Shown here: positions 1-12,800 of the stretch, in pieces
Layout of the letters: the number at the start of each line of letters is the position of its first letter
Numbering within the stretch: the first letter of the stretch is position 1
From: Hormiphora californensis
Taxonomy: Eukaryota > Animalia > Ctenophora
Assembly: GCA_020137815.1 (NCBI GenBank)
Contig: CM035356.1
Span: forward strand, 7,750,001 to 7,814,000
Direction of reading: 5' to 3'
DNA: 64,000 nt
Position numbers and translations under genes: made by a program
The notes under the pieces: model-generated
Databases searched by the model: none
What the model was told of the DNA's origin: nothing
Seen by the model: only the letters and a program-made list of their open reading frames with translations

Positions 1-202
1 AGACCCCGTTTTGATTCTCAGATCGAGTTGGCGCCACCAGACTCTGTTTTGATTCTCAGATCGGGTCGGCGCCGCCAGACCCCGTTTTGATTCTGAGATC
101 GGGTCGGCACCACCACTGCACCGTTTTGGTTTTCAGATTGAGATCGGGTCGGCACCACCACTGCACCGTTTTGGTTTTCAGATTGAGATCGAGTCGGCGC
201 CG
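1..202. repeat. ~38-43-bp minisatellite, ~5 copies, truncated by window start
   Basis: Repeated unit agaccccgttttgattctcagatcgggtcggcgccgcc; related single copies near 12660-12706 and 52730-52752. Confidence 0.8.
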
Positions 203-487
203 ATTTAATGTATTAGCACGACAAGTTGATTATCAAATTATCAAAAGATTCTAACACAATTTTCAAAATTCAAGCAAAGTAGTTAACAGCTTTTGCCACA
301 TTTTCACAACAAAATAGATCGCTGGATGTTGTATAATTGTTATTGGTGCATTAATTGTCTCACACTTGCATTGTCTCATCATGTCTCGTAGTAGGGTGGG
401 GTATGGGAAGTTCCCACTAGTTCCCAGTGGGAACTGGGAAGTCGGATCTCTATTCTCTCACAAATTTTACCGTAGATTACCGAACTC

Positions 488-2129
488 TCAAGTTTTAGGA
501 GCGATTCTCAAACGAGTCCCATTTCTCCTAGTCCCTGCACGTCCAGAGGGCCGAGTCCTGCTGGCAGCGACCATCCCTCCTTTAAACTGTGTCCCACTTC
601 CCTTCACAACCACCCCAGGCAACACAATTCTTCCGGGGGACCGGGCATGTAGGACAATACCAGAGACATCATACGTCCTCCAGCTGGGTGGACTAATCGA
701 GGGTTGTGGTATCTTTCCTGGCATCACGCCAACCACAGAAGTTTGGATGGTTGTACTGGCGGTTGAAGATGAGGATGATGAGGAGGAACTGGTTGTGTCT
801 GAACTGGAGGAGCTGTCTGATGAGCTACTGCTGGAGGAGGAGCTTGATGGGGATGATGTTGTGCTGTTTTGAGTTGTTGTTGAGCATGATTTGGAAGGAG
901 ATGATGAATCATGGAGTCCTGTTGGGTCCCTCCTGGAATCATAGTGGGTGACTTGATGAATTGGTTGAGATGAATCATGGATTGGGGTTGGTTGGGGGAT
1001 TGTACTGGGTGGGGTAGGTTGATGGATTGAAGTGACATCCTCAGCTATGGTGCTACATGGCTTGTAATGCTCTGTGAAATGGGACGTTACTAAATCTAGT
1101 GGCGCTGGAGCTGCTAGTGGTACTGGAGCTGCTAGTGGTGTTATGTACTGTTCTGCTACTGGAGTGGAGGAGGGGTTGATGATCTGTTGGTTTAGTCTCG
1201 TGGCGGTATATTCATGGTTCTGTGGGGTGTTGTAATCGGGGTGTGGGGTGTTGTTGCTGTCTTGTGGCGTGTTATAAGTGGGTTGTTGTGGCGTGTTCCA
1301 CCAGTTAGATTGGGGAACTGCAGAGGTATTGTCGGTGGTCTGGTATGAAGTGTCTTGGTGTGAAGTAGCATGGTGACAACACGTTCCATTATAAGATACC
1401 GGTGTCCCCACCATCCCCTCCTCCCCTAGATCTATCAGGGTTGCACAATCCTCCTCCTCCTCATCACCAGGGATATCAAGATGGGATGATGCTGTCTCAT
1501 CAGGGGGTAGTGAGGATACCTCACCCACCGACTGGTCATGGTCCCCTGTATTATTACACAAGTCCCGGAACTCTCTCGGTTCTTCCTCCACTAATCTCCT
1601 AAAGGTCAGCTTTTCCTTCAGCGAGAGGACACTCTTCTTAGTTTTAATCAACTTCTGCCGGGATGGTCTCCTCTTACGGTGTGATCTGAGCCCACAGCAC
1701 CCGGTGCTACTCTCATTATCTGAATCCAGTAGGGAGTGTATATCACTGGTGCTGGTAGAGCTAGACTGGGTGTTCTTGATGGTGCTGGTGGTACTGACGT
1801 GGCATTGTTGGAGAAGTTCCGTCGGGACTGAGAGTCGTGTCTGAAATATGGAGGGGGGGGGGTATTATAGGAACATAGATAAACGTGAAACGACAAAAGT
1901 AAACGGTGCAAAACTATGAACAACTTCATATCTCATCTATGAACAACTTCACACACAAAAACAAACATGTACCGTGTCAAACCGTGTCTCCTCATTAACA
2001 AGTTCATAATTGACATCTCAAACATACCTCAGTTAGTTCGGAGGTAGAGTCACAACAGGAATTATCCTGATGTACCATCTTGGTCCGCTGATGGACTGCA
2101 GTTGTACAGTGGTGTGTGGCGGCAGGCAT
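488..2129 (-). CDS. Two-exon orphan protein (~484 aa), Ser/Thr/Pro/Gln-rich, likely disordered; exons 2129-2028 and 1840-488
   Basis: The frame of ORF 488..1651 stays open up to a pyrimidine-tract/TTCAG acceptor at 1841. An upstream exon MPAATHH...SELTE ends in GAG|GTATGT in phase 0. Confidence 0.6.
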
Positions 2130-2885
2130 AGCATATAAAACATATACAACCAGAGAGAGAGAGAGAGTGTGTTGCCAGTGTAGACAGCAGCTGTAGGAGA
2201 TTCTTAGGGAGACTTTTAGTCTGCCGAGGAGGGGGCTGCAAGGGATAATAAAGTAGGATAAATGCGAGAGAGCGAGGGAGAGAGATAAAATGTGATCTGG
2301 GATGGAGAGGGAAGTCGTATTTTGGACGTAACGTCTACTTATAGACGAAAACGGTCAAACGCAAATAAGGGGTAGGACAGATTGTAGCGCTAAGATGTTC
2401 TAGAAGACAAGTCGGGTGGACCAGATAAGAACATTTGTTAATTGTTACACGCGATAAGCGACTTAGTGCACCAAAACCCAAGGATTGTCTCTGTAGTGTG
2501 GTGTTTAGCAATGTCCGCTATATTGGGAGAGGTGGGTGGGGGAGGCGGGTGGGGTGGCGGGTGGTGTGGAGGGGGTGGAGGCAGGCAGGCATGGCCAAAA
2601 ATGCTTCTTTAAACTAACAACTGGACTTTTTGTTGCCGGGGAGACTGCTTGCTGGTAACTGAGAAATCATATGTGCTCGAATAATAAATCAGTCTTTAGT
2701 TTTTATTGAGCCTGCACGTGGCGTGCATCTTGGTGTGCACTTTCCTGACTCCTGAGCCGCGCCTGGATATCGTTCCTGGCCAGGTATACCGTTCCTGGAT
2801 ACCGTTCCCAGGCATGGGTGCTTCACACGGCAGGGAAATTCAGCGTTATGTTAACATAACGCAAATAATCTTGTTTCATTTCAAC

Positions 2886-3505
2886 ATGTTTTTCTACATT
2901 CTCTCTCTCCTGTTTTTGCCTGCCCAAACTCTTGTGTGCTGGAGAGGAGTATCTCCTGTATCTTGCGATGGGTCTGCGTAAGTTTTGTTTTGTTGTTTGT
3001 TCTATCATTTTGTCACAACTCATTTTCTCAATCAGGATTGAAGCGTGTTATTACTCTGAAACTTCAGGGGATAGTGGCTGTGGACTATGTCCTAACAACC
3101 TGCTTGCGTATGACTGCTACATATGCCACAGCTCATGGTGCAATGGGTAAGTGATTAATCTCTCCATAATGCACTCATTCTCTCCCTGATCTCCTTCATT
3201 TTTTATACTTTCTAACCCTTTTTATACTTTTTAACCCTTCCTAATTCAGGAACTCTACTCTGATATTGGAGTCATACGAAAAGAGGACCCTGACCTGTGA
3301 GAAACCGAAAACTGAAGCCTGCTCCTGCAAAGAGAAATCTGCTCCAGCCACCGGACTCTCCCAAGCCTTCCTAATATGTTCCAATGCACTACAGGCCTTA
3401 TTAACTATAGTGTCTATTTTGTATACCATTTTACTAAGACGAAGGGTCAGGGGACTGAAAAGGGAGAGAGAAAGAGACAATCATGTGGTTTTTTCTACGC
3501 TCTAA
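2886..3505 (+). CDS. Small Cys-rich single-pass membrane protein with Ly6/uPAR (three-finger)-like ectodomain; exons 2886-2977, 3036-3146, 3250-3505
   Basis: Two GTAAGT..CAG introns, both phase 2. Product: signal peptide MFFYILSLLFLPAQT, LVC...C...C...GCGLCP...CYICHSSWCN, hydrophobic helix ALQALLTIVSILYTILL, then RRRVR. Confidence 0.7.
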
Positions 3506-3531
3506 AATAATACCATGACTATGGTATCTGA

Positions 3532-4139
3532 TTGGTAACATAGACACCTGGCGCGACCCCCGCACCGGCACACAGGTGTCGGCTCCGCCCCAAAAAGGGT
3601 CGTTTCTTTCAAGGGATGTTGCACGCGATCCACTGGACCGATTTGCATCCGGTTTGTCGCAAAAGACTGCAAATTAGTTCTAATTTACTAGAAAATACCT
3701 AAGTTTGTCTGTCAACAGGAAGTGGGTCAAAATTGACACTGAAGTCAAATCTATAATCTGACTTCCGACAGTTTCTGCACTACGCCCATGCGGTTTAGAA
3801 GATATTGGGAGATATGTATGTTGATGCAATTAGCATCAGTCATCAGATGTTGATGCCTGGTATTTTCCAGTACTCATAAGGCCTCAACCTATCTCCCAAT
3901 ATCGTCAGACTCAGTCTAAACCGCCTGGGAGTGGTGCAAAAACACTTCAGTGTAAATTTTGACCCAATTCTTGTTCACAGACAAACTTCTCGGGTATTTT
4001 CCAGTAAACTAGGACCAATTTGCAGTCTCATGTAACAAGCGGGATCACGTGAAAGATCTCTTGAAAGACACGACCCTTTTTTAGGGGGCAGAGCCGACAC
4101 CTGTGTGCGGGGGGTGGCACCAGGTGTCTATGTCACCAA
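3532..4139. mobile_element. MITE / non-autonomous TIR element, largely palindromic
   Basis: TIR ttggt(a/g)acatagacacctgg... at both ends with extended internal inverted similarity; a miniature copy lies at 43106-43199. Confidence 0.8.
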
Positions 4140-4189
4140 GGTATTTGATAATGATTTGCCAGGTTCTGATCGAGCTAATACCATTTCTA

Positions 4190-4510
4190 AATTGTTTACA
4201 ATCGATTTTTTGTTCTTCCGGAACCTAACGTTGGCTAATTCCAATCTGGTCTCCTCAACTGTCTCCTGGAGCAGCTCTCCGTTTCTACTGGTATGTTGAT
4301 GGAAATACCACCCGAAGCCAGAGTCCTCCCAGCCAATTCTGGCGTTAAAATCTCCGGCAACGACAAGGAGGTTATGAGCTGGAACAGTATTGATGTAGTC
4401 CCTGAGATCGTGGTGAAACTTTTCAACTTCTTCTACATTCGCACACTCAGTGGGCGAGTAAACCGAGATGACTGTCAGTTTCGGATTACCGGCCAAGGTA
4501 ATGGCTAACA
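4190..4510 (-). mobile_element. Non-LTR retrotransposon fragment, RTE-like APE endonuclease
   Basis: TVISVYSPT...LLVVAGDFNARIG...SRNGELL motifs; no reverse transcriptase follows. Confidence 0.8.
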
Positions 4511-5169
4511 GAGCATCGAGAACCCCGGTGTTAGTCTGAAGTGTTTCAGAGTTTACTGGGTAATTAATAGGGTTAGGAATTCAGACGTACGTCATATCAG
4601 ACGGAAGTGCAACATGCTCAGACGTAACTAATTTGTCATGACCATTCACTGCGTAATGTCTGCGTAGACACTGCTCATAAACTGTGTATCCCTTTTATGT
4701 GGGAATGTGTGTCACATCAGTGGTTTTTGGTGATACCTATTAAACCACATTTCTCTGTGGCACGCCCAACTTCTCACCACAGCCTAATAATAGTGTGAAG
4801 CTAAAGCTATAGTTCTGAAGAACCTTCTACAACATTTTGGGGAATATTTTCCGCAACTGTCAGGCCAATTCTCTGAGAATAAGTCCAGGCAAATGCTTTG
4901 ACAGCCCCGCAAATTCGGAAAGTACAGGGTGTCTCACTATCTTTGCATATCACGCAATGATAGTGGGACACCCTGTACAATTCCGAACCCGGAAGTTCCC
5001 CAGAACACGCCAAGACAGAGCTGCGAGCTGAGCTGAAGGTGTGAAGACGGAGTTTCCCGTTTTTTAGCCATTGTCCACGCTTTTCTCTATGTTCTCTCTG
5101 TTCGAAATTCCATGTACCACTTCATGCCGTGTTGTGGTGCCGTTTTATTTTCACGTGATATAAGAGAAC

Positions 5170-5399
5170 GGGAGAGAGAGAGAGAGAGGGAGAGAGAGGG
5201 AGAGAGAGAGAGAGAGAGAGTAGATATCAGAGAGATGCGATAGATAGAGAGAGTTAGCATAGAGATATCTCTCTCTCTCTGCTCGCTCTACATCTCTCCT
5301 CGCTTCTCGCGCTTCCTACTCTAGCCTCTCTCCTCTCTCTCTTCCTCTCGCACTCTCTCTCTCTCCTCTCTTCGCTCTCTCGTCCTCGCGCGTCTCTGG

Positions 5400-5430
<31 letters not shown>

Positions 5431-5830
5431 GCTCCTCTCTCTTCGCTCTCTCTCTCTCTCTCTCTCTCCTCTCTGCCTCTGCTCTCTCTCTCTCATCCTC
5501 TTCTCTTCTGCTCTCTCGTTCTGCTGCTCGCTCGCTGTACTCTCTCTCTGCTCGTTCTCCTATGCACGTTCTCTCTCTGCTCTCGCTCTTCTCTCTCTTC
5601 CTCTCTCTCTGCTCGCTCCGCGTCCTCTTCTGCTCTCTTCTACTGGCCATACTCTCTCTCTCTTTCTTCAAAACGCCTCGTGTCGATCGTCTCTTGCTAC
5701 TTCTATTCTGTTGGTCTTCTGTTCTCTCTCTCTCTCTCTCTCTTCTTCTCTCCTCCTTCTCCCCCTTCTTTTCTGTGTTTTTTCCTCCCCTCCTCGTTCC
5801 TTCCCACCCTTCTTTTGTTTCCACCCTCCT
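5170..5830. repeat. (GA)n/(CT)n microsatellite, degenerate or noisy
   Basis: GA run followed by a long imperfect CT run. Confidence 0.85.
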
Positions 5831-7447
5831 CTTTTTTCATCGCGTGTTTGCCAAGAGTGCAATTCTCAAACCATCAACCCTACCCCCCAAGCTATTTTCG
5901 TAACAATGTCACGGGCGGTTCAGTGTGGGAGAGAACAAAAGAGAAATATAAAAAGGAAGTTAGGGAGAAAGTGAGAGACAGAGATAGTGAGATGGAGAGG
6001 GTGATAAAAAAGGGAAAGAATCCAAAAAATTGAATTCTCTGTCACACGTTATGTCACAGCGTTGTCTGATTGCATTAAACGGTCTCACTGCTATAAACAA
6101 GCAGGCGGAAGAATTTTATTAGTTAGAAAATAACAGCTCAGTTCTCGTATTCGCCATCAACTGCAGCAGCAGGCTTTTTATTCGTACAAGGCTGAGTTGC
6201 ACTTTGTTCTAACCTGACTTGCAGGGAGTAGTGAGACAGGGTTGAATAATGCTGAGTTGGCGTGGAATTACATTAACCCAGGCCCAGAGTTGATGAGTCA
6301 GCTAGTTCCCCAGAAGTTTAGACAACGTACCAGAATTGAACTATGAGTATCACCGCCATACCTATTTTTACGCAGAAATGAAAGTCTGAGATAGTCAATA
6401 TACGCTCCATTTCGTGTTCAACTGTTTTAGTTTTGACAGTTCCATCAGCAACATAATCTCTCACTCGTACCATTATGGTCTGATTGTTAGTGGTAGGATC
6501 ATACTGTCACAGCTGAATGCCATGATGATCATGGTAGCTCGTTGGCCGTGGAGGGATACTGTCACAGGAACGCAGCTGCAGTATTTGGTGAAGCTATATC
6601 ACAGTTCACACTGCACTGTATAATATACACTGTATATCGGTTACTTTACCGGGCACATGCATTAATGCACTCATGGCAGCTTTATATCTCACACTCCATT
6701 AAGTATGGCATGGCTTCTTCTTCTTCTTCTTTTTCTATACAACTAGCTCGTCATGTAACTGTGCCACTATATCTGTATGTCTAGCACCTAGCTCTGTGCC
6801 ATGTCGACCTGGCACCTAGCATCACACTTATGTCATTCTGCAGCAGTAATAACCTACCCCCTCCTCCTCCTTTTGCTGTAGTAACAACTGCAAAGGGGGC
6901 ACAGGGCCAACAACTTCATAATCACAACCAGCAGCAGCTCTCTCTGTGTGCTCACATGTTAGTGCTCATTGTGTATTTCGGGACACGCGTTTAGTAATTC
7001 TTAATTAAAACTTGCCATGTCACACCCTAATTATCTTAACCCAATGCACCTGACTTTGTTTCACAAACCACAGTCCACTATATTATACAGCCATGAGTTT
7101 TGTAGTATAGTGCTTGAATAGAAATTAGGGACATGTGAATTGTGAATTTCGTATCCCATTTTGTTCGCCTGACAGCAGCTTCATCAGTGGTCTTTTTAAT
7201 GCCTCTTTATCAAACCACTATTATATTCTTCCTAACCGCACGACTATAATTGTAAACTAATTAATAATTCCCTGGTTGTGATTAGTTTTCCCGCCCACAA
7301 TCCCACATGTGTTTGGTTTAGTGGATCTCTAAATTTGATTACTCTGCAGCTACATCTTGGGCACGTCGTGCTATCCCCTGCCAAAGCTGCATCAGTGGTA
7401 TAATACATAACCCCAATCCATTAGCAGATAGATCAGATAGTACAATT

Positions 7448-8449
7448 ATGCCTCGATTTGTATCAGCGCCCAAATGCGTCGTCTGTGGAAAGAGCGTATA
7501 CGCTGCAGAGGAGCTGCATGCCGTTGGAAAACTGTACCACAAGTATGTTTTGGAAGTTCGGGACAACGATTAGAATTTGTTTTGGAATTCATCTATTCCC
7601 TAAGCCCTCCAATTTATCTTTAAATAATGCCTTTACCCAAAACTCTCCAACTCTTCTTGTAGGACGTGTTTCAAATGTACCTAAAACTCTCCAATTCTCC
7701 CTTTAAAACTTTCCAATTCCCCCTTTAAAACTCTCCAATTATCCGGCCTTTAAAACTCTCCAATTCTCCCTTTAAAACTCCCCAACTCCCCCTTTAAAAC
7801 TCTCAAATTCTCCCTTTAAAACTCTCCAATTCTCCCTTTAAATCTCTCCAATTCCTCCATTAAAACTCTCCAATTCTCCCTTTAAAACTCTCCAATTCCC
7901 CCTTTAAAACTCTCCAATTCTCCCTTTAAAACTCTCCAATTCTCCCTTTAAATCTCTCCAATTCTCCCTTTAAAACTCTCCAATTCTCCCTTTAAATCTC
8001 TCCGATTCTCCATCTGCAGGACGTGTTTCAAATGTAACTCTCCAATTCTCCCTCTGCAGGACTTGTTTCAAATGCACCGCATGTGGTAAGAAACTGACCC
8101 CTGGCCAGGAGACTGTTCATGAGGACGCTCCTTTCTGCAAGAACTGCTACGGAAAGAAATTCGGACCCAAGGGTAGGTTGATGGTACCATTGCTACCTGT
8201 TGAATCCGCTAACAGATGCCAAATGGTTGTCATGGTTACTGTATGGTTCCATTGCCACCTATTTTGTTTGTCAAGGTTACCATTAATCTCTCTCGCCACA
8301 CAAGCTGCATGGCTTGTCTGCCGAGAGAGATTGGAGAGAGAGGATAGAAGCTAAAACTAATGTATAATACTATAATAACCCTCTTCCTTCCTTCTTCAGG
8401 AATTGGAGGTGGAGCAACTGCCGGATGTCTTGCGGAGGACGCCGAATAA
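7448..8449 (+). CDS. Single-LIM cysteine-rich protein (CRP/CRIP/muscle LIM protein family), 85 aa; exons 7448-7542, 8060-8172, 8400-8449
   Basis: Spliced product MPRFVSAPKCVVCGKSVYAAEELHAVGKLYHKTCFKCTACGKKLTPGQETVHEDAPFCKNCYGKKFGPKGIGGGATAGCLAEDAE has a canonical LIM domain plus the Gly-rich YGKKFGPKG motif; GT-AG phases are consistent. Confidence 0.93.
7680..8059 (+). repeat. Intronic ~22-bp minisatellite (taaaactctccaattctccctt) with duplicated exon-2 starts
   Basis: About 15 units; AG|GACGTGTTTCAAATGT decoys start at 7663 and 8020. Confidence 0.85.
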
Positions 8450-8589
8450 TTCCACCCAGCGATATGTGATCACCACACAATTTTGTAGTTTTGATATGAA
8501 ATATAACTTTTGGATTTAAAATGTAAATTTTTGAAACTCGTTTGTAGGATTTCTAAAAAGGGTCGTTTAGTACTTCTACATAACATTTA

Positions 8590-9353
8590 ACGGGTGACAA
8601 CTAAAAATCTGGACAATTTTCTGTGAGCTCTAGCGCCGACCCCGCTTGAGATACAGCTTCAGGCCTGAGCTAGAACGATTTTTCAGACAATTTTAAATCA
8701 GAATAACACAACGGGAAAAATTAAAAAGTTCATTTTCATTGCGATATCGCATCATTTCCTCTTGACCCACCAAAGCATGTAGTACTTGAAATTTACACAC
8801 TTTTCTAGCACCTCTAGCGCCTTTTATTTTTGAGATACAGCTTCGGGGCAGCAATAGAATGATTTTTCAGACGATTTTGAACAAAATTAACTTTGTTTCA
8901 CACTCTGATAATCTCAATTCTAATCACAGAATCATCTGTAACAAACCCTCCAAAGCGTAGTTTACAGGTAATTTGAGAAATCGCCATTTTGACGATCTCT
9001 CGAAACATTTATGACGTGGAAAACCAACTTCCTGATAAGCTAAAATTTTGAAACTTGGCAGTTATGTTGGGTATGGCATGAACAACCAAACATCCAATTT
9101 TGAGAATTTTATCTCATCGGGAACGTTGTTTCTGATCACACAGAAATCTCAAATCTCCGTACACATGCTTTGGTGGGTCAAGAGGAAATGATGCGATAAC
9201 GCAATGAAATTGAACTTTTTAGTTTTTCCAGTTGTGTTATTCTGATTCAAAATTGTCTGAAAAATCGTTCTAGCTCAGGCCTGAAGCTGTATCTCAAGCG
9301 GGGCCGGCGCTAGAGCTTACAGAAAATTGTCCAGATTTTTAGTTGTCACCCGT
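8590..9353. mobile_element. MITE with ~190-bp TIRs and TA flanks (Tc1/mariner-like)
   Basis: ta|acgggtgacaactaaaaatctgg ... ccagatttttagttgtcacccgt|ta. Confidence 0.85.
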
Positions 9354-9839
9354 TATGGTGACATCAGCATCTCATGCATAACTAGAGGACTCAATAACTC
9401 GACCAGTCGACTTGCACACATATCACATTGAAGAATTTCTCTTGTGGTAATGGTCAATCTATAAGTCATTTGCCATAAGTAGTTCTTATAATTTCTATCT
9501 CTCTATCTGATCTCTGATCGCTCTTTGTCTCTGATCTCTCTCTCTCTCACTCTCTTTCTCTCTCCCCTCCCTCTCTTTCTGTAGTATCAGATTCTGCGAG
9601 GCCCAGAATTTGATTGAGATGAATCATGATCTGCTCAATAGATTCTCGTAATAATTTCGTAATCTGCACCAGCTGTCTCGCATATATTGCTAAGTCAAAT
9701 AGTTAATATATTCATACGTAGTGTCTTGACGAAAGTCGCAATAGTTCATTAAGGTTCCAAACCACCAGAAGAAGAAGATACAGTGTCTTGGGTGTGTCTT
9801 GTGTATTTGTCAGTTTGTCACCATCTCCAACATCTATAT

Positions 9840-12800
9840 CTAGCCGGGTGGGAACGTGAACTGAGCTTTAATTCCCGGGGTAGAGGGAGAGCAAGGAAGT
9901 GAGACCTCCTTAGGGAGGACGAGGTGATCCATTGGGGGTAGCACCAAACCACCACCACCACCACTACCACCTGATTCATAGGAGAAGGTACTCTCAGTAC
10001 AATATGGCAGACTCCTCTCATCGTCATCATTTAGCAGGTCATCATTACTAGCTGCTACCCTGTCTAATTTAGCACGTGCAAGGGACCGGACCCTCTCTTC
10101 CTCACTGTACAACATGCTACTACCCTCACTCAAACTATTTCTAGTCCTCCTGGGTACTCTTGGTTGGTATAACTGCTCATGGCTAGCTCTCATGTTGTTG
10201 CTTTCAATGATTCGGTTCCGGGCTAATTCCCTTATTCTCTGCTCCTCAGCCCGAGCTAGGATCAGGGAAGGGAGGGACCCCATCATATGCGGGGAGGACA
10301 GGGATCCAATCATATGAGGAGCAGGGGCTGGGGAGACCATCATATGGGGAGGAGCAGGGGTTGACAGCTGATGCAGGGTCGGTGACATATGGGGGTGTAT
10401 CATAGTAGGGGTCTGCAGGGTCGGTGATACCATGTTGTTCCGGAACTGCTGCTGATGAGGGTTGGGAGACTGCTGGTGATGAGAGTTGTGGGACAGAGAT
10501 GAGAGGAGGGTTAGTTCAGGGGAGTTAGTGATTGGAAGTAGACGCTGCTCCGCTGGTTTCTTATTAGACCCACCTTCAATATTCTTGTTATGGTCTGACC
10601 TGCTTTTATTATTCGGTTTCTTTTTGTCACTTTTCTTCACTTTTCTCTTCTTCCTCCCACAACAACACAAACTAGTGAGACAAGAACAGCACTGGGCCGC
10701 ATACCCAAACACCTTACAGAGTCGTCCAACAACACCCAAAATAATGATAAAACCCACCACCGCAACAGCCATGACCACTCCCTCCTGCCAGGTATCAATA
10801 CCCCCGAACCATTCCACTGGGTTGAGGTACTTGGCCCATGTTGAGGGGCTGAAAATAGAATCCTTTTCTGTCACAGTGTAGTTGATGGTGTTGTTTGGTC
10901 GGTTAAAGTCGTCTGGGGACTCTACTTTGCAGTATATTGTCTTGCACTGTAGCTGGTAGTCACCTAAATAGGGAGAAAGGAGATGAGAAGGGTCACAGTT
11001 GGACACACACTTAGTAGGAAAATAGTCGTGAATGAATCTCAGATTCAGGTCACGGTTAATTTCACCGGAGACCTTAGGTTTCAGGGTTATTCTTGGTTAA
11101 TTTATTCCCTGAAAATTTCCCTGATATCTCAGGAAATACTGAAATAGCCGTTACTGAGCCCTGAGATCTGAGCCCGAATAGATCGCCCGAAAGATATATT
11201 TGCGTATTACGTGAAATCGTACTTTCACCACACACACACAAAGGCACACAGAAGGCACATGTGCCTTTTGTAATTTATGTGGTGATTGGTGAAAGTGTGG
11301 TGAAACGTAATGCGCAGATGATTAGATGAATCTTTCGGGCGATCTATTCGGGCTCTCCTTTCGCGAAAGGAGAGCCCGAATAGATCGTCCGAAAGATTCA
11401 TCTGCGCGTCGAAATTTCGATCCCCCGTGTATGGGGAAAGAGAGGAAGTGATAGAGAGAAATTGAGTCAGATAGAGAGGCTAGGGAGAGAACAGGGGAGT
11501 GTGTAAGTATGGTAATACATATATTGCCGCCAGGTGCTTATAGAAGAAAGAGATCAAAGAGAGAGAGAGAGAGAGATAGAGAGGGAGAGATAGAGAGGGA
11601 GAGATAGAGAGATAGAGAGATAGATAGAGAGAGATAGATAGAGAGAGAGAGAGATAGAGAGATAGAGAGGGAGACCCATGGAAACACATCGAAAAAGGAA
11701 TAACTGATCAAGCTGTTATATCATAGCGGCCCGGTTGCAAGTGTGTTACCACCTTTTATTACAAGAGGGATTATAAGAGTTTTGCATTAGTGTGTGCTTT
11801 TGTGAAACAGCAGTCGATCAATAGTCCAAACTATTTCATGTCTGCAATGTTAGAAAGTTTTTAGAAGTACTGATTTTTGTTCGGCAATGTTTGTTTCGTA
11901 CCAAATGAACATGGAAACGTGGGAATCCAGAATCCTAAGTCTAAACTCGTGTTTTGTTTTGGAATCGTAGAACATGTAGTCATGTGCAATTGTGCTAAAT
12001 ATAAATATTATACTTTGTAACTCTATCTAACTCTACTTCATAACTACCTATATAACCAACCCCGTACAATATTTCATTTTCATTGAAAAACTGAGAAGCA
12101 GCCTGAAAATTTCAAGCTGCTTCTCAGTTTTTCAACCAATAATTCACTGTACTGCTGTCACGGTCGCCTGTAGTATTGGCCTCACTCTATATTCTCATTT
12201 CTTTAAAATAAGCTAAGCAGAGCATTTGCCCTGACAGCTGTACTAAATATTGTACAAAACTACCATACTGAGTAATAATTTTGATATCTTTGGTAAACCC
12301 GGTAACTTATTTAACCATCACCAGTAAGATATAGTGCTAAAATTAATTATTTTTTTACTTCCACTTCCCCACTAGTACAATTATGCATTTGAGTAACACA
12401 CAAAATCTATATTTCATTCGGACCCCGATTTACCCCGATTTACGGACTCAACAAGATTTACCGGCATACGATCAGTGGAAAGGGTTTTGCCCGGTAAATC
12501 GGGGTTCCGATAAATCGTAATAACGAAAATTGCATCTAGTAAGCAGTACACACCAGTAAAAATTAAAATTTAAAAAATTGATTTAAAAAATTGATTTTAA
12601 AATCCAACATCCTAAAATCGTTGTTGAGTAAATCGGGACTCCTGTAAATCCTGTCTGGCGGCGCCAGACCCCAATTTGATTCTCAGATGGATCGCGGCGC
12701 CAGACAGTGTAAATCGGGCTCCGACTGCAGTATTACTAAATACTAACCCGTATGGAGGCATATTTCAGCTTGGTCCCCATCACTCTCGTCACTGCACCAC

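Noticed and set aside
366-1602. Plus-strand ORFs
   Set aside because: Antisense shadows of the minus-strand low-complexity exon.
5254-6033. ER-/LS-rich ORFs (also near 11.5, 17.8, 22.6 and 61.3 kb)
   Set aside because: Microsatellite translations.
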